Source: Candidatus Omnitrophota bacterium
Lineage (GTDB): Bacteria > Omnitrophota > Gorgyraeia > Zapsychrales > Fredricksoniimonadaceae
Direction: 5' to 3'
NCBI GenBank assembly: GCA_903860135.1
Contig: CAIOPG010000008.1
Span: forward strand, 127 to 64,126
DNA: 64,000 nt
A model generated the notes under the pieces. The model saw nothing but the letters and a program-made list of their open reading frames with translations. It was not told the DNA's origin and ran no database searches. Of the stretch, positions 37,477 to 48,145 are shown one piece after another. Every line of letters begins with the position of its first letter. Within the stretch, counting starts at the first letter, position 1. The position numbers and the translations under genes were made by a program.

Positions 37477-38250
37477 TTATTTCTCCGGCGGCGGCTTGAT
37501 GCCCCTGACGATCTCGTAATACTTGATATAGCTCATCATCTGGTACAAGAAAGCAAAGAAGGCGATCACAAACCCCATGAACCCGGACTTCCATCCCCCC
37601 TTGCCAATATATGAACGAAAGAAGCGGTCAGCCGGACGCCAAAAACCCACAAGCATCGTCATCTTTCGCCCGGTATCCACCCACTTTTGCGCTTCGAGCG
37701 AGGTCTGACGGTTCAGGCTTGCCAGAAAATGCGCCAGGTCAGGATAACCGTAATGGATCACATCTTTGGTCAGATGGCCGCATGTCCCGTCGTAAAAGAC
37801 CCGCGGATGCACCGGAGCCTCCTCGTAACGGAACAGGCTCTTGCGCACCAGGCGCGTCTTGGATCCCGGGTACCAGCCCGAATGATTGACCCAGTAAGTC
37901 CCGATATACGTCCGGAACGGGATGGAGAAAACCACATGCGTCGTCGTTGGCAGGATACTGTCAATTTCCTGCCGCAGCTCCGGGGTCACCCGCTCATCCG
38001 CATCAAGGTACAGCACCCATTCGTGCTTGGCCTGCGCCGCAGCCCAGTTGCGGTGAATGCCTTCATTGTCCATCGTACGGTTAAGAATGACCGCCCCATG
38101 CCCGGCGGAGATCGCCACCGTGCGATCGGTTGAGTTGTCATTGACAAGCACAACCTCGTCCGCCCAGCCTTTCACGCTCAGGATGCAGGCGTCCATATTT
38201 TCTTCTTCGTTCTTGGCGATAATAACAACAGAAACAGGGACTTTAGCCAT
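37477..38250 (-). CDS. GT2 glycosyltransferase (LPS core beta-1,4-glucosyltransferase-like)
   Basis: SVVIIAKNEE, STDRT, LDADERVTPEL, GWYP. Confidence 0.85.
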   Translation of the reverse strand: MAKVPVSVVIIAKNEEENMDACILSVKGWADEVVLVNDNSTDRTVAISAGHGAVILNRTMDNEGIHRNWAAAQAKHEWVLYLDADERVTPELRQEIDSILPTTTHVVFSIPFRTYIGTYWVNHSGWYPGSKTRLVRKSLFRYEEAPVHPRVFYDGTCGHLTKDVIHYGYPDLAHFLASLNRQTSLEAQKWVDTGRKMTMLVGFWRPADRFFRSYIGKGGWKSGFMGFVIAFFAFLYQMMSYIKYYEIVRGIKPPPEK

Positions 38251-39347
38251 CAAAGAGCCTCCTTAAGGGCGCTGGTCACGGCCCTGACCTGATCTTCGGT
38301 CATGTGCGGGAACATGGGCAACGACAAAATATCTTCGCACATTTTCTCCGATACAGGAAAATCGCCTGCCTTATAACCGGCATCCGCATAAGCTTCCTGT
38401 AGATGGATCGGGATCGGATAATGGATCAGGGACGTGATCCCCTTGGCTGCCAGATGCGCCATGACACGCGCGCGTTGCTTGAGGCGCACGGCATACGTCT
38501 GAAAAACGTGCTCCCTGTTTGCCGCCGCTACCGGAAGGACGATCCCGGTCCCGGTCAAATATTTTGCGTAAAGGCCCGCCACGCGCTGGCGCATCACATT
38601 CCACTGGTCCAGGTACGGCAATTTCTGGGAAAGCACCACCGCCTGAAGCGTATCCAGGCGTGAATTATGCCCCTTGAATTTGTGCGCATAGCGATCGGTA
38701 CGGCCATAATCCCGCAGCATGCGTACCATGTACGCCACATTATCATCATTGGTCACGACCATGCCGCCATCGCCCCAGGCCCCCAGCCCTTTGGTCGGAT
38801 AAAAACTGAAACACCCGGCATGCCCCATCGAACCACTGCGGCGCCCTTTATAACGCGTGCCATGCGCCTGACAGGCATCTTCAAGGACCGCAACCCCGTG
38901 CCTGGCCGCCACCGCCAGGATTTCATCCATGTCGGCTGTCTGGCCATAAAGATGCACCGGAATGATCACCTTGGTCTTGGCGGTAATAACTTTTTCAAGT
39001 TTGACAGGATCCATATTGCACGAAGCCTCATCAATATCGACGAACTTGACCCTGGCGCCGGTATAGGAAACGCATAACGCGGTCGCGATGAACGTATACG
39101 TCGGCAGGATCACCTCATCGCCTTCGCCGACGCCCAGCGCGGCCAGGGCCAGATAAAGCGCATCGGTGCCGGAATTGACACCAACGGCATGTTTCACGCC
39201 GCAGTACGCCGCGAACTCATCCTCAAATTTCTTGACCTCCGGGCCCATGATGAAAGAAGCCTTGGCAATGACCTGCGCAAAGGCCGCATCCACACCGGCA
39301 CGGATCACCTTGTTCTGTTCGGTAAAATCAATGAAAGGAACGCTCAT
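38250..39347 (-). CDS. DegT/DnrJ/EryC1/StrS sugar aminotransferase
   Basis: NSGTDAL, PVHLYGQ, EDACQAHG, FSFYPTK.LG. Confidence 0.9.
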   Translation of the reverse strand: MSVPFIDFTEQNKVIRAGVDAAFAQVIAKASFIMGPEVKKFEDEFAAYCGVKHAVGVNSGTDALYLALAALGVGEGDEVILPTYTFIATALCVSYTGARVKFVDIDEASCNMDPVKLEKVITAKTKVIIPVHLYGQTADMDEILAVAARHGVAVLEDACQAHGTRYKGRRSGSMGHAGCFSFYPTKGLGAWGDGGMVVTNDDNVAYMVRMLRDYGRTDRYAHKFKGHNSRLDTLQAVVLSQKLPYLDQWNVMRQRVAGLYAKYLTGTGIVLPVAAANREHVFQTYAVRLKQRARVMAHLAAKGITSLIHYPIPIHLQEAYADAGYKAGDFPVSEKMCEDILSLPMFPHMTEDQVRAVTSALKEAL

Positions 39348-40417
39348 GACAACCACTCCTCCAGGGCCTGATAGACCGCATCAACGGTTAATGTTTTTAA
39401 ACAACTCAGATGTGTACACGACGACATACGAAACTTCCTGTAACAGGGCTGACACATCATCCCCTTGACCAAGACCTTATGTTCTCCGATGGGAAAAGGC
39501 CCGTAGACCACAGGATCCACCGGTCCGAACAACGACACCGTGCGCACACCGCAAGCCACGGCCATGTGTAAAGGCCCTCCGTCATTAACAATGACCGCCC
39601 GCGCCTGGCGCATCAGTGCCGCCGATTGCAGCAGCGTTGTCTGTCCTGCCAGGACGATCAAAGGCCTTTGAACAGCTCCGGCGACCTGCCGGCAAAGAGA
39701 TTCTTCATTCTTGTCCCCCATCAGTATAATGGGGAGGGTCGATCTTTCAATTATTTTCTCGGCCAATTTCACCCAGCTTTCCGCCGGCCAGCGCTTGAGC
39801 CCCGCGTCCCGGCCCCAGCTAGCCCCGCCACCGGGGTACATGATCAGAAAAGACTTATCCGCCAGCCCCTGCGCTCCGAGAAAATCAGCGGCCCAGGACT
39901 GATCCTGGACAGGAACAAACAAACGCATCAGCGGCTGACCTCCTGCCACCATACCGCCCCCCCCACCCAGGGCCAGAAGATCCATATTGTACTCGATCAC
40001 ATGACGCCCCTCGTAACCATACAAAGGGATCTTGTGGGTCAGCCACCGGCCGCGGCCCTTGTAATCAAAACCGATGCGGCGCGGGATCCCGGCCAACAGC
40101 AAGGCCAGGCTGAGCGCTGATCCGCCGGAAAGATCATAGGCCGTGTCATACCCGGCGCCATGGATCTCATCGACAAAAGCCTTCCACTTCATCATGAAGT
40201 TCCATGGTGAACGACGATAGACCGCCACAAAAGCATCGCGGTCATAAACAAAGACCTTGTTGATCCGTGGGTCTTGCCGCAAGAAATCAGCGGTACGCGG
40301 GTTGCAGATATAACTGACCAACGCCCCGGGATCAGACAACTGCAGGGCCGACACCAGCGGCGTCGAGAACAATACGTCCCCGATACCAAAATTATTGACA
40401 ATCAGGATCTTTTTCAT
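39344..40417 (-). CDS. GT9 heptosyltransferase-like protein
   Basis: GIGDVLFSTP, KRWP, NDGGPLHMA...VSLFGP, C.PC. Confidence 0.85.
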   Translation of the reverse strand: MKKILIVNNFGIGDVLFSTPLVSALQLSDPGALVSYICNPRTADFLRQDPRINKVFVYDRDAFVAVYRRSPWNFMMKWKAFVDEIHGAGYDTAYDLSGGSALSLALLLAGIPRRIGFDYKGRGRWLTHKIPLYGYEGRHVIEYNMDLLALGGGGGMVAGGQPLMRLFVPVQDQSWAADFLGAQGLADKSFLIMYPGGGASWGRDAGLKRWPAESWVKLAEKIIERSTLPIILMGDKNEESLCRQVAGAVQRPLIVLAGQTTLLQSAALMRQARAVIVNDGGPLHMAVACGVRTVSLFGPVDPVVYGPFPIGEHKVLVKGMMCQPCYRKFRMSSCTHLSCLKTLTVDAVYQALEEWLS

Positions 40418-41559
40418 TTTAGCAAGGCGTTATAAACCGCCAGCGTTTCCATGGCCGTCCGCTGCCAGGTCATGGGGCGGATCTGTGTGTAACCCTTTTC
40501 AGTATAGAGTCCGCGCTCCACTTCATTGCCCAGCAGACGCTGGAGTGCTTCCGCCAGAGCTACCGGATCATAAGGATCAATGATGACCGCCGCCTCACCG
40601 GCCACTTCAGCCACACCGCCGCGATCCGTGGCAATGACTGCCGTCCCGCAGGCAAAGGCCTCGACCATCGACTGCGGAAAACCTTCACACAGCGACGTAA
40701 CGATCGCCGCCTCGGCATTGGCCACAATGACCTGCAAGGCCTTCTCGGCCACAAACCCCGTTGCCACCACCCGCTCGCGGATCCCGAGCATTCCGATCTT
40801 GCGCTGAGCCCGGTCAAAAAGCCCCTGCGACCGCGCGATCGCCCCCGTAAAGACCAGGGCGATATCATCAGGCATGGCCCGCTGGAACCGCGCAAATCCA
40901 TCGAGCACAAGATCCAGGTTGCGGCGTTTATGATTAAGCCCCGAAAAATTTACCACATAGCGCCGGCCCCAAAGATGGTACTTGCGCAAGATGGCCTCCT
41001 CTTCCTGCCGGGAAATATCCTCTTCATAAATAAGCTCCGCGCCATAAGGGATCACCGCAACTTTCGCACCCGCAACGCGGTTAAGCCTTACAATATCCTT
41101 GCGGCTCACCTCGACCCCTGTCAGCACGCGCCCGGCGCGGTGCGTCCAGAAAAGGCTCCTGAGCTTGTACCGCCAGGCCTTGCGCCAGTCCTTCAACGAT
41201 CCCAGGATCCATGGCGACATATCGTGCACCGTCACCACCGACGGGCATCCTGGCCAGAATACCGCGGTATCCGTCCCGCCGGGCTGATGAAAGATATCCA
41301 CCGGATATTCGCCCAGAAGCCGCGGCAAATACCGCAACGCCCAATGCGTCCGCTCCTCGCGCGGCAGATCCAGCGCCACCCGCCGCACCTGCGGGTAATG
41401 AATGAAGGCGTCATACTCGACACATATCTTGTCGGGCGCGAACAGGACGATCTCGAGGCTTTTGTCCGCCACCACCAGCGCGCGCACCAGCCGCGAAAGA
41501 TAATTCGCCACCCCCGACCGCTCCTGTGTCAAACTCACCGCATCAAAACCGATCTTCAT
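40414..41559 (-). CDS. GT4 glycosyltransferase
   Basis: VTVHD, SLCEGFPQSMVEAFACG.AVI. Confidence 0.85.
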   Translation of the reverse strand: MKIGFDAVSLTQERSGVANYLSRLVRALVVADKSLEIVLFAPDKICVEYDAFIHYPQVRRVALDLPREERTHWALRYLPRLLGEYPVDIFHQPGGTDTAVFWPGCPSVVTVHDMSPWILGSLKDWRKAWRYKLRSLFWTHRAGRVLTGVEVSRKDIVRLNRVAGAKVAVIPYGAELIYEEDISRQEEEAILRKYHLWGRRYVVNFSGLNHKRRNLDLVLDGFARFQRAMPDDIALVFTGAIARSQGLFDRAQRKIGMLGIRERVVATGFVAEKALQVIVANAEAAIVTSLCEGFPQSMVEAFACGTAVIATDRGGVAEVAGEAAVIIDPYDPVALAEALQRLLGNEVERGLYTEKGYTQIRPMTWQRTAMETLAVYNALLK

Positions 41560-42752
41560 GCATGCCTCCGGAATAATACCGATATCATTTCTTATTTACT
41601 CATACTTATTACATCACTTAATCTTCATCAGAAGCATCTTTAAGCGCATTTTCAATTTCATGAACAGTTGGAAGACTTGGACGGAGATTGGCCGGCAGGC
41701 GTTTAACTAACGTCGTTTCCCACTCCGCAACACCGATCGGCTTATGAATATCCCGAAAAGCATACTCGACATCAATCTTATTCTTAGATCGGCACAGAAG
41801 AAGCCCGATCGTCGGCTGATCACCTTCCTTGCGGATCAAATCATCGACGGCAGAAAGATAATAATTCAACTTGCCGGCATGCTCTGGCTTAAAACCCCCT
41901 GCTTTTAGTTCAACAACAATATACGCATGCAACTGCGTATGATAAAAAAGCAGATCAAGAAAATACGTACTCCCAGCCACGACAACAGGCACCTGACGCC
42001 CAATAAAAGCAAACCCGGCACCCATCTCCAAAAGCAATTTTGCCACATGCCCCACCAATTGCCCCTCCACCTCCCGCTCACGCACCGGCTCAGTCAACGT
42101 CAGAAAATCAAAAACATACGGATCTTTAAGCGCCTCTTGCGCAAGACCTGATTGCGCCAACGGCAATACAGTCTTAAAATTCGTAACAGCTTTCCCTTGA
42201 CGATGAAAAACATCAGCTTTGATCTGAGCTGCCAATGTTTCCCGTCCCCATCCCTGCTCTGTGGTTTTCTGTGCGTACCAAAGTCGCTCCGCTTCATCAG
42301 CGATCTTTTCTACCAAAACAATATTATGCCCCCAAGGCAATTGTCGCACAGCCTGTGCGACAATTACATCCTGCCTAGGATACGCCAGATAAAATGCCCG
42401 CATTCGGTAAAGATTGGCCCTCGATAAACCCTCCACCCCAGAAAACTCTTTGGCGAGATCGCCAGCCAGACGCTCTATCACCTTTGTACCCCATGCCGCC
42501 TGTTTCTGTCTTTCGCAAATCGACTGCCCGATATCCCAATAAAGCTCAACCAAAGCACTGTTCGCCGACAGAGCCGTCTTTATCTGAACTTGACGAATAC
42601 GCGTCTTGAGTGAATTCAGAAACTCTGCATACCCAGCAGGTATGGCTGACAAGCCTGCACTTTTGGCATCCTTGAGCTTCTTCATTCCTTGAGCTTTCTT
42701 TTTCACAAGCAATCCCATATCAGACTCTCTATATCAAAACCGATCTTCATGC
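41542..42752. repeat. 20-bp direct repeats (41542-41561 and 42733-42752) flanking the yhcG-like gene
   Basis: ATCAAAACCGATCTTCATGC at both ends, equal to the start of the GT4 gene (MKIGFD). Confidence 0.85.
41618..42718 (-). CDS. YhcG/DUF1016-family PD-(D/E)xK nuclease-domain protein
   Basis: LYWDIG, WG.KVI..L, KDPYVFDFL, GFAFIGRQ, DLLFYH...VVELK. Confidence 0.9.
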   Translation of the reverse strand: MGLLVKKKAQGMKKLKDAKSAGLSAIPAGYAEFLNSLKTRIRQVQIKTALSANSALVELYWDIGQSICERQKQAAWGTKVIERLAGDLAKEFSGVEGLSRANLYRMRAFYLAYPRQDVIVAQAVRQLPWGHNIVLVEKIADEAERLWYAQKTTEQGWGRETLAAQIKADVFHRQGKAVTNFKTVLPLAQSGLAQEALKDPYVFDFLTLTEPVREREVEGQLVGHVAKLLLEMGAGFAFIGRQVPVVVAGSTYFLDLLFYHTQLHAYIVVELKAGGFKPEHAGKLNYYLSAVDDLIRKEGDQPTIGLLLCRSKNKIDVEYAFRDIHKPIGVAEWETTLVKRLPANLRPSLPTVHEIENALKDASDED

Positions 42753-42793
42753 CGTCTCCCTTGTGTCGAACATCTGCCGCCACGCTAAACACC

Positions 42794-43549
42794 TCACCGC
42801 TTCACGGCCTCCAGGATCAAATGTTTACCCTGTAGTATCTCCCAGGACAAGAGGATCCTGTTCATCCGGGAGTAATCCACCCCGCCCTTCTTGCGGGTCC
42901 TCCCTGCCTTGATCATGCTTTGTAACGCCAGGATCGGCCGAAAAATCAATGCCGGAAGAAACAAGTTTGCTTTCTTCTGATCCACATAATAATGCGCAAC
43001 ACTCAAGCTATTTCTTTCCAATAAATACTCTAATTCTTGATAACGCCAAGGGATCACATGCATATTCTGAATCCCCGCCGGAAAACATCGCGCATAATCC
43101 AGCGTCGGTTCACGGAAGAAATCATAACTGCCTTCACACAAAAATCTAAACCGTGATCCGATATTCAGGATATTGGGTGTGGACAAAACAAGTGTCCCCG
43201 CCTTTTTAAGAACCCTGCTGATTTCTGCAATAACAAAATCGGGATTATACACATGCTCAATGACTTCCATCAGGATCACCGCATCAAACGTGCCATCTTC
43301 ATACGGAAGCCGGCCTCCAAGATCACCCTGCTTAAAAGGGATAACGTCATGGAATAAAAATCTCGCAGCATCCATATCACACGCATGAACCTCAAAGCCC
43401 TTATTCGAAATCTTATGCCCCGTCTTTCCATCGCCACAACCTAAATCTAGGATCTTACCCCTCCCCCCCCTGGCAACGACCTCGACAACTTTCTCCAGCA
43501 AAGAGTTAACCACTTCAGTCAATGCCTCAACGCCATTACCTTTGACCAT
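42794..43549 (-). CDS. Class I SAM-dependent methyltransferase
   Basis: ILDLGCGDG, LPYEDGTFD, EVIEH, LSTPN. Confidence 0.85.
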   Translation of the reverse strand: MVKGNGVEALTEVVNSLLEKVVEVVARGGRGKILDLGCGDGKTGHKISNKGFEVHACDMDAARFLFHDVIPFKQGDLGGRLPYEDGTFDAVILMEVIEHVYNPDFVIAEISRVLKKAGTLVLSTPNILNIGSRFRFLCEGSYDFFREPTLDYARCFPAGIQNMHVIPWRYQELEYLLERNSLSVAHYYVDQKKANLFLPALIFRPILALQSMIKAGRTRKKGGVDYSRMNRILLSWEILQGKHLILEAVKR

Positions 43550-43641
43550 TCTTACTCCCTTGTTACACACATCCATTCAGTTCACAGCTGACAATTACGG
43601 CAACAATATCAATAAACCCCGCTGCATCCAAGGTTCCACAA

Positions 43642-44586
43642 TTATACATCGACACATTTTCTCCTCAAGAAAGGCACCGTTACTCTCATCACTTCCCCGG
43701 CGGATATCCGTCGCACCATGTCTTCTGAATAACAACGTTGATCTTTTAAGATAATAAATATGACCGCCTGATACGCAGGCATTACCTTAAGCAAATAATG
43801 ATCCATCTCAATAGATACAGCGGTTAACACCTTGCTAAAAGGTTGGAGCAAGAACTTAAGCGGAAAATACACAAGAAAATTATATAAATCAACACAACAA
43901 CGAGGATATTTATTCTTCTTGGGATTATATATCCGTTCCTTCTTATCGATCAAAATCTGAGGGATCCTGAACTTCGTGCGAACAATTCTTTGAGCGATGA
44001 TTCGATAACCATCTTTTTTCAAAAAATTCATGCTATCCAGATCAAAATGATGAATATGCCCATGTGGCACATGTGTTTCTTTTTCTTTCGTCACAAAATC
44101 TTCCAAATCATGCGGCAACGTAATAATGACCGCTTTCCTCGCTACCCTTAAAAGCTCTGCAACACCTTTTTTCCAATCAGTAACATGTTCCAGTGATTCG
44201 CTGCAAAGTGCCACATCAAACGCATCATCCTGAAAAGGCAGCCCATGCACATCCCCGGGTATTGCCTTGATATTGAACAACTCTTGCGCGCGACGGCATG
44301 CCTCCTGGGATATATCCGAAGAAACAACCTCCGCGCCAAACAATCGCTTTACCACAAAAGCTTTATACCCCTCCGCCGCGCCGACATCCAAAAAACTTGA
44401 AAATTTCAGATGTGCCAAGGCCCTCATTATTTCATAGGTAATAATATACCTGTCATGAATACCGCCCTCGCAATGCCCCTGAGCAAAACCATAAACCGGC
44501 TGATGCGCAAAATAAACCCCGTCCTTATCAACCGTTTTGAACCGGTCTTCCAACCATTGCTTCGTTTTATCTGTATAGTCATCCAC
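43642..44586 (-). CDS. Class I SAM-dependent methyltransferase
   Basis: FLDVGAAEG, LPFQDDAFD, ESLEH. Confidence 0.85.
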   Translation of the reverse strand: MDDYTDKTKQWLEDRFKTVDKDGVYFAHQPVYGFAQGHCEGGIHDRYIITYEIMRALAHLKFSSFLDVGAAEGYKAFVVKRLFGAEVVSSDISQEACRRAQELFNIKAIPGDVHGLPFQDDAFDVALCSESLEHVTDWKKGVAELLRVARKAVIITLPHDLEDFVTKEKETHVPHGHIHHFDLDSMNFLKKDGYRIIAQRIVRTKFRIPQILIDKKERIYNPKKNKYPRCCVDLYNFLVYFPLKFLLQPFSKVLTAVSIEMDHYLLKVMPAYQAVIFIILKDQRCYSEDMVRRISAGEVMRVTVPFLRRKCVDV

Positions 44587-44625
44587 CCCGAAACCCCTTT
44601 TCTTGACACCAGATTTAATTTACTG

Positions 44626-45300
44626 TTATTGCCCCGGCCTCACTGTGCATAAGAACTGCGGGAACCGCGTGTCATCCAGAAATCCTCCTGAAATAAGATT
44701 CAGAATAAAAAATCCCAGGCTCATTTTCCTTGGATTCAACCCGACAATTTCAACGACCTGATACCCTGATCGCCGGAACATATTCGCCATCGACGTCTGC
44801 GTAAAAAATCTCACATGCGTAATATCCAGGATCCCGGAATCTGTATATTCCCATTTCTTCTTCAACAGAAGATCCTTCAAAACCCTGATAAAACGGATAT
44901 TAGGGATAGAACAGATCAGCACACCGTGCTTTTTTAACTTCAGCTTAAATTTACACAATAAAGCCGCAGGATCATAAATATGCTCCAGGACATCGTTGCA
45001 TACAATACAGTCAAAATGATCATCCGGCAGGCCGTCGACAAGTGCCGTGACATCTCCTATCAAGAGGCGGTCGACATTGCCCCTGGCCTGTTCCGCAATA
45101 ACAGCATTGAGCTCAACACCCCAGACTTCAGCCTTCTGCTGCTGCTTCAACGCGGCGGCAAACAATCCGGCCCCGCAACCAACATCCAGAACCCTGCTGG
45201 CAGACAACGGCACATGCGCCAGCACTTCCGTGCGGTCATGATGGTAATAATTTTTATCTGTATCTAACCCCATAATGCCAGCTATTCTTTTATGTTTCAA
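44626..45300 (-). CDS. Class I SAM-dependent methyltransferase (glycan-cluster type)
   Basis: VLDVGCGAG, DVLEH, SIPN, GILDITHVRFFT. Confidence 0.85.
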   Translation of the reverse strand: MKHKRIAGIMGLDTDKNYYHHDRTEVLAHVPLSASRVLDVGCGAGLFAAALKQQQKAEVWGVELNAVIAEQARGNVDRLLIGDVTALVDGLPDDHFDCIVCNDVLEHIYDPAALLCKFKLKLKKHGVLICSIPNIRFIRVLKDLLLKKKWEYTDSGILDITHVRFFTQTSMANMFRRSGYQVVEIVGLNPRKMSLGFFILNLISGGFLDDTRFPQFLCTVRPGQ

Positions 45301-46327
45301 ACTTCATCTTTTGCATCTTCTCTTGAGAGTCCGACGCCTGCCCGGCAAAAAATGCCGCCGCCTCTTTCCCCTCGATCACCAGGTGAAATCTCTTGGCCTT
45401 GGCATACCTCGCATCATCAACAAGTATCAATGCCGACGTAATTCTGACCGCCCAGCGAGGAACCTGAACGACCTTCAAATTCGTATGCTGAAAAGCCACC
45501 GACCGTGAAGAAACAACCACCACCCTGTTCTGCCCCCGTAACAAATCCCTGACCCTGGACGTCATTTCTGCAGGAACACCATCATCAATAATAAGAAGTT
45601 TGAGCGGCTTGCCCCAGCGTTGATAAAAAATAATACCCTTTTGATCAATCAATGTGTTGATCTGGTTTTCAGGCCCGCAAACAGAATACGTGACATTCTT
45701 GATATGAAAAACAAATGCCCCCAGCGCCCGGACACAGATGTAGCCGACAGCCATGGCACGCATGGAATAATCCCAATCATCGTAATAGGCCGGAGCGAAA
45801 GCCTCGTCGAGCCCGCCGATCTTGTCGATCACACAGCGCTTGGTCAGGTAGCAACAGCCGCGCGCCCAGTCCGTTTCAATATACTCACCCTTATGAGGCA
45901 GAACATGCGTGGCAAAGAATTTATCCCGTCCGCCCTTGAATTTCTTTATCACATCCCACTGCGGATTAACGATCCCGATCTGCGGATCTTTTTCCGCTAC
46001 AGCGATCATTTCCGAAAGCCATCCTGGGTACACGATTGTGTCATTGTTCATCACCACCACATACGGGGCTGTGGCGTATTTTAATCCATGATTGACCGTG
46101 CCCACATACCCGAGATTTTTTGCATTATGCACAACACGCACACGCTCCGGCTCGGCCAACTGGAGCTCGCGAAGATACGCTGCGGTCTCCGGCTTAGCGC
46201 TGGCGTCATCGACAATAAAAAGCCGGAAGGGATACGCGGTATGCGCGAGGATGCTTGCCACACAAGCCCGCGTATAATCGACCTGGTCATAAACCGGGAT
46301 CACAATGGCACACAAGGGCTGGGACAT
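45290..46327 (-). CDS. GT2 glycosyltransferase
   Basis: IVIPVYD, VDDAS, NLGY...VN.G, MNND, GGLDE.F...YYDD.D. Confidence 0.85.
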   Translation of the reverse strand: MSQPLCAIVIPVYDQVDYTRACVASILAHTAYPFRLFIVDDASAKPETAAYLRELQLAEPERVRVVHNAKNLGYVGTVNHGLKYATAPYVVVMNNDTIVYPGWLSEMIAVAEKDPQIGIVNPQWDVIKKFKGGRDKFFATHVLPHKGEYIETDWARGCCYLTKRCVIDKIGGLDEAFAPAYYDDWDYSMRAMAVGYICVRALGAFVFHIKNVTYSVCGPENQINTLIDQKGIIFYQRWGKPLKLLIIDDGVPAEMTSRVRDLLRGQNRVVVVSSRSVAFQHTNLKVVQVPRWAVRITSALILVDDARYAKAKRFHLVIEGKEAAAFFAGQASDSQEKMQKMKFET

Positions 46328-46336
46328 AATGTATTC

Positions 46337-48145
46337 TTATTGGTTAAAGTGATAATTCGCCAGGCGCGCGTACAATTCCGAAGTCTTCATCAACGTGTCA
46401 TGCTCCCCCTTCTGGACGATCTTGCCCTGATCCATCACCAGGATGCAGGAGGCATGACGGATCGTCGAGAGGCGGTGCGCGATCACAATGACCGTGCGGT
46501 TCTTCATCAGGTTATCGAGCGCCTGCTGGACAAGGAATTCCGATTCCGCATCGAGGGCCGAGGTGGCTTCATCGAGAAGAAGGATCTTCGGATTCTTCAA
46601 GATCGCGCGCGCGATGCACAGGCGCTGTTTTTGCCCGCCGGACAACTTGAACCCGCGATCGCCAATGACCGTATCCAGCCCGTCAGGCATGCGTTCAATG
46701 AATTCCAGCGCCAGCGCCTGGCGTGCGGCCTCGATGATCTCGTCATCGGTCGCATCCAGCTTCCCGTAACGGAGATTCTCGCGGATACTTTCATTGAAAA
46801 GGATCATGTCCTGCGTCACAAGCCCTTCATGACTGCGCAGGGAATCGACCGTCACCTGCTTGATATCCTGGTCGTCAAAAAGAACCACACCCTTGTCCGG
46901 GTCATAAAAACGCAAGATCATGTTGATCACCGTGGTCTTGCCGCAGCCGGTCGGGCCGACCAGCGCGGTCGTCTTGCCGATCTCAAAATCATGCGCGAAA
47001 TTCTTGATGATCCAGCGTTCCTCGGCCTTTTCGTATTTGAAGGACACATCATGAAAACGGATATATTTTGCCGGTGCCGCGGCCACAACAGCCGTGGGAA
47101 GTTCAACGATGGACGCCTTCCAGTCAAGGATATCGTAAATGCGCTGGGTCGCGGCCAGGGCCTGCTGATTGATCCCGTAAACCGCAGTCAGTTTCTTGAT
47201 AGGCCGCAGGGTGCTCATCAAAGAGCCAACGAGCAGCAGAAAAACACCGAAAGACATCTTGCCATCCAGCACTTCGCGCCCGCCGAACCACAGGATGATC
47301 GCCACCGCAATGCCCGCCAGGAATTCACTCACCGGCGTCAGGAGCAGGGTGCGCCGCAGGCTTTTGACCATGGCCTTGTAATAACGCTTGTTGTCTGTAT
47401 CAAAACGCTCGATCTCATGCTTTTCCCGCGAGAACGCCTTGACGATCGCCACGCCCTGGTTGGTCTCGGCCAGGATCGAGCTTAGATCGGCCATCGACTC
47501 CTGGGACTGGATAGACTGTTTCTTGATCGTTTTACCAACAAGATAAATGAGGGCCGCATTAAAGGCGAAGACAACAATAACAACCACGACAAGTTTCCAG
47601 TTGATGCCGCAGGCGATGAAAAGACAGGCAACCGCGAACATGGACTGGGTCACCAGATCCGTCATGCCGTAAGAGATCGCATTGCTGATAAATCCCGTAT
47701 CATTGGTGATGCGCGACATAAGCTCGCCCTGGCGTTTCTGGCTGTAAAAATCGAGCGACAGCTCCTGGTATTTACGGAACAAATTGCCCCGCACACCGGC
47801 CACAGAACGCTGGGCAACCTCGTTCATGAAATAGCCCTGGGCATAGAAGAAAATCCCTTTGAGGATATAAAAAACAGGCGTCAGCCAGATCATGCCGTAA
47901 AAGATCGTGCGGCGATCGAGGCCGTTCATCCAGTTGACAAAGGCTTGCACCGGCAAGAACGACAGAAAAGCAGGTAGGCTTTTGATCACAATGGGTTGAT
48001 TATTAAAACAACGGTCCGCCACCGGCATGATGGCACTCAACTGCCCGACATCGAACAGCGTCGACGCCAGCATGCATGCAAACCCGGCCAGCAAATAATG
48101 CCAGTGCGGGCGCGAAAGATTGATCAACCGCCAGTATTCTTTAAT
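46337..48145 (-). CDS. msbA: MsbA-like ABC exporter (fused TMD-NBD); probable ATT start
   Basis: Multi-helix N-terminal membrane domain, GPTGCGKT, LSGGQKQR, LLDEATSALD; GGAGG then in-frame ATT at 48145 (alternative TTG 48127). Confidence 0.8.
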   Translation of the reverse strand: MKEYWRLINLSRPHWHYLLAGFACMLASTLFDVGQLSAIMPVADRCFNNQPIVIKSLPAFLSFLPVQAFVNWMNGLDRRTIFYGMIWLTPVFYILKGIFFYAQGYFMNEVAQRSVAGVRGNLFRKYQELSLDFYSQKRQGELMSRITNDTGFISNAISYGMTDLVTQSMFAVACLFIACGINWKLVVVVIVVFAFNAALIYLVGKTIKKQSIQSQESMADLSSILAETNQGVAIVKAFSREKHEIERFDTDNKRYYKAMVKSLRRTLLLTPVSEFLAGIAVAIILWFGGREVLDGKMSFGVFLLLVGSLMSTLRPIKKLTAVYGINQQALAATQRIYDILDWKASIVELPTAVVAAAPAKYIRFHDVSFKYEKAEERWIIKNFAHDFEIGKTTALVGPTGCGKTTVINMILRFYDPDKGVVLFDDQDIKQVTVDSLRSHEGLVTQDMILFNESIRENLRYGKLDATDDEIIEAARQALALEFIERMPDGLDTVIGDRGFKLSGGQKQRLCIARAILKNPKILLLDEATSALDAESEFLVQQALDNLMKNRTVIVIAHRLSTIRHASCILVMDQGKIVQKGEHDTLMKTSELYARLANYHFNQ

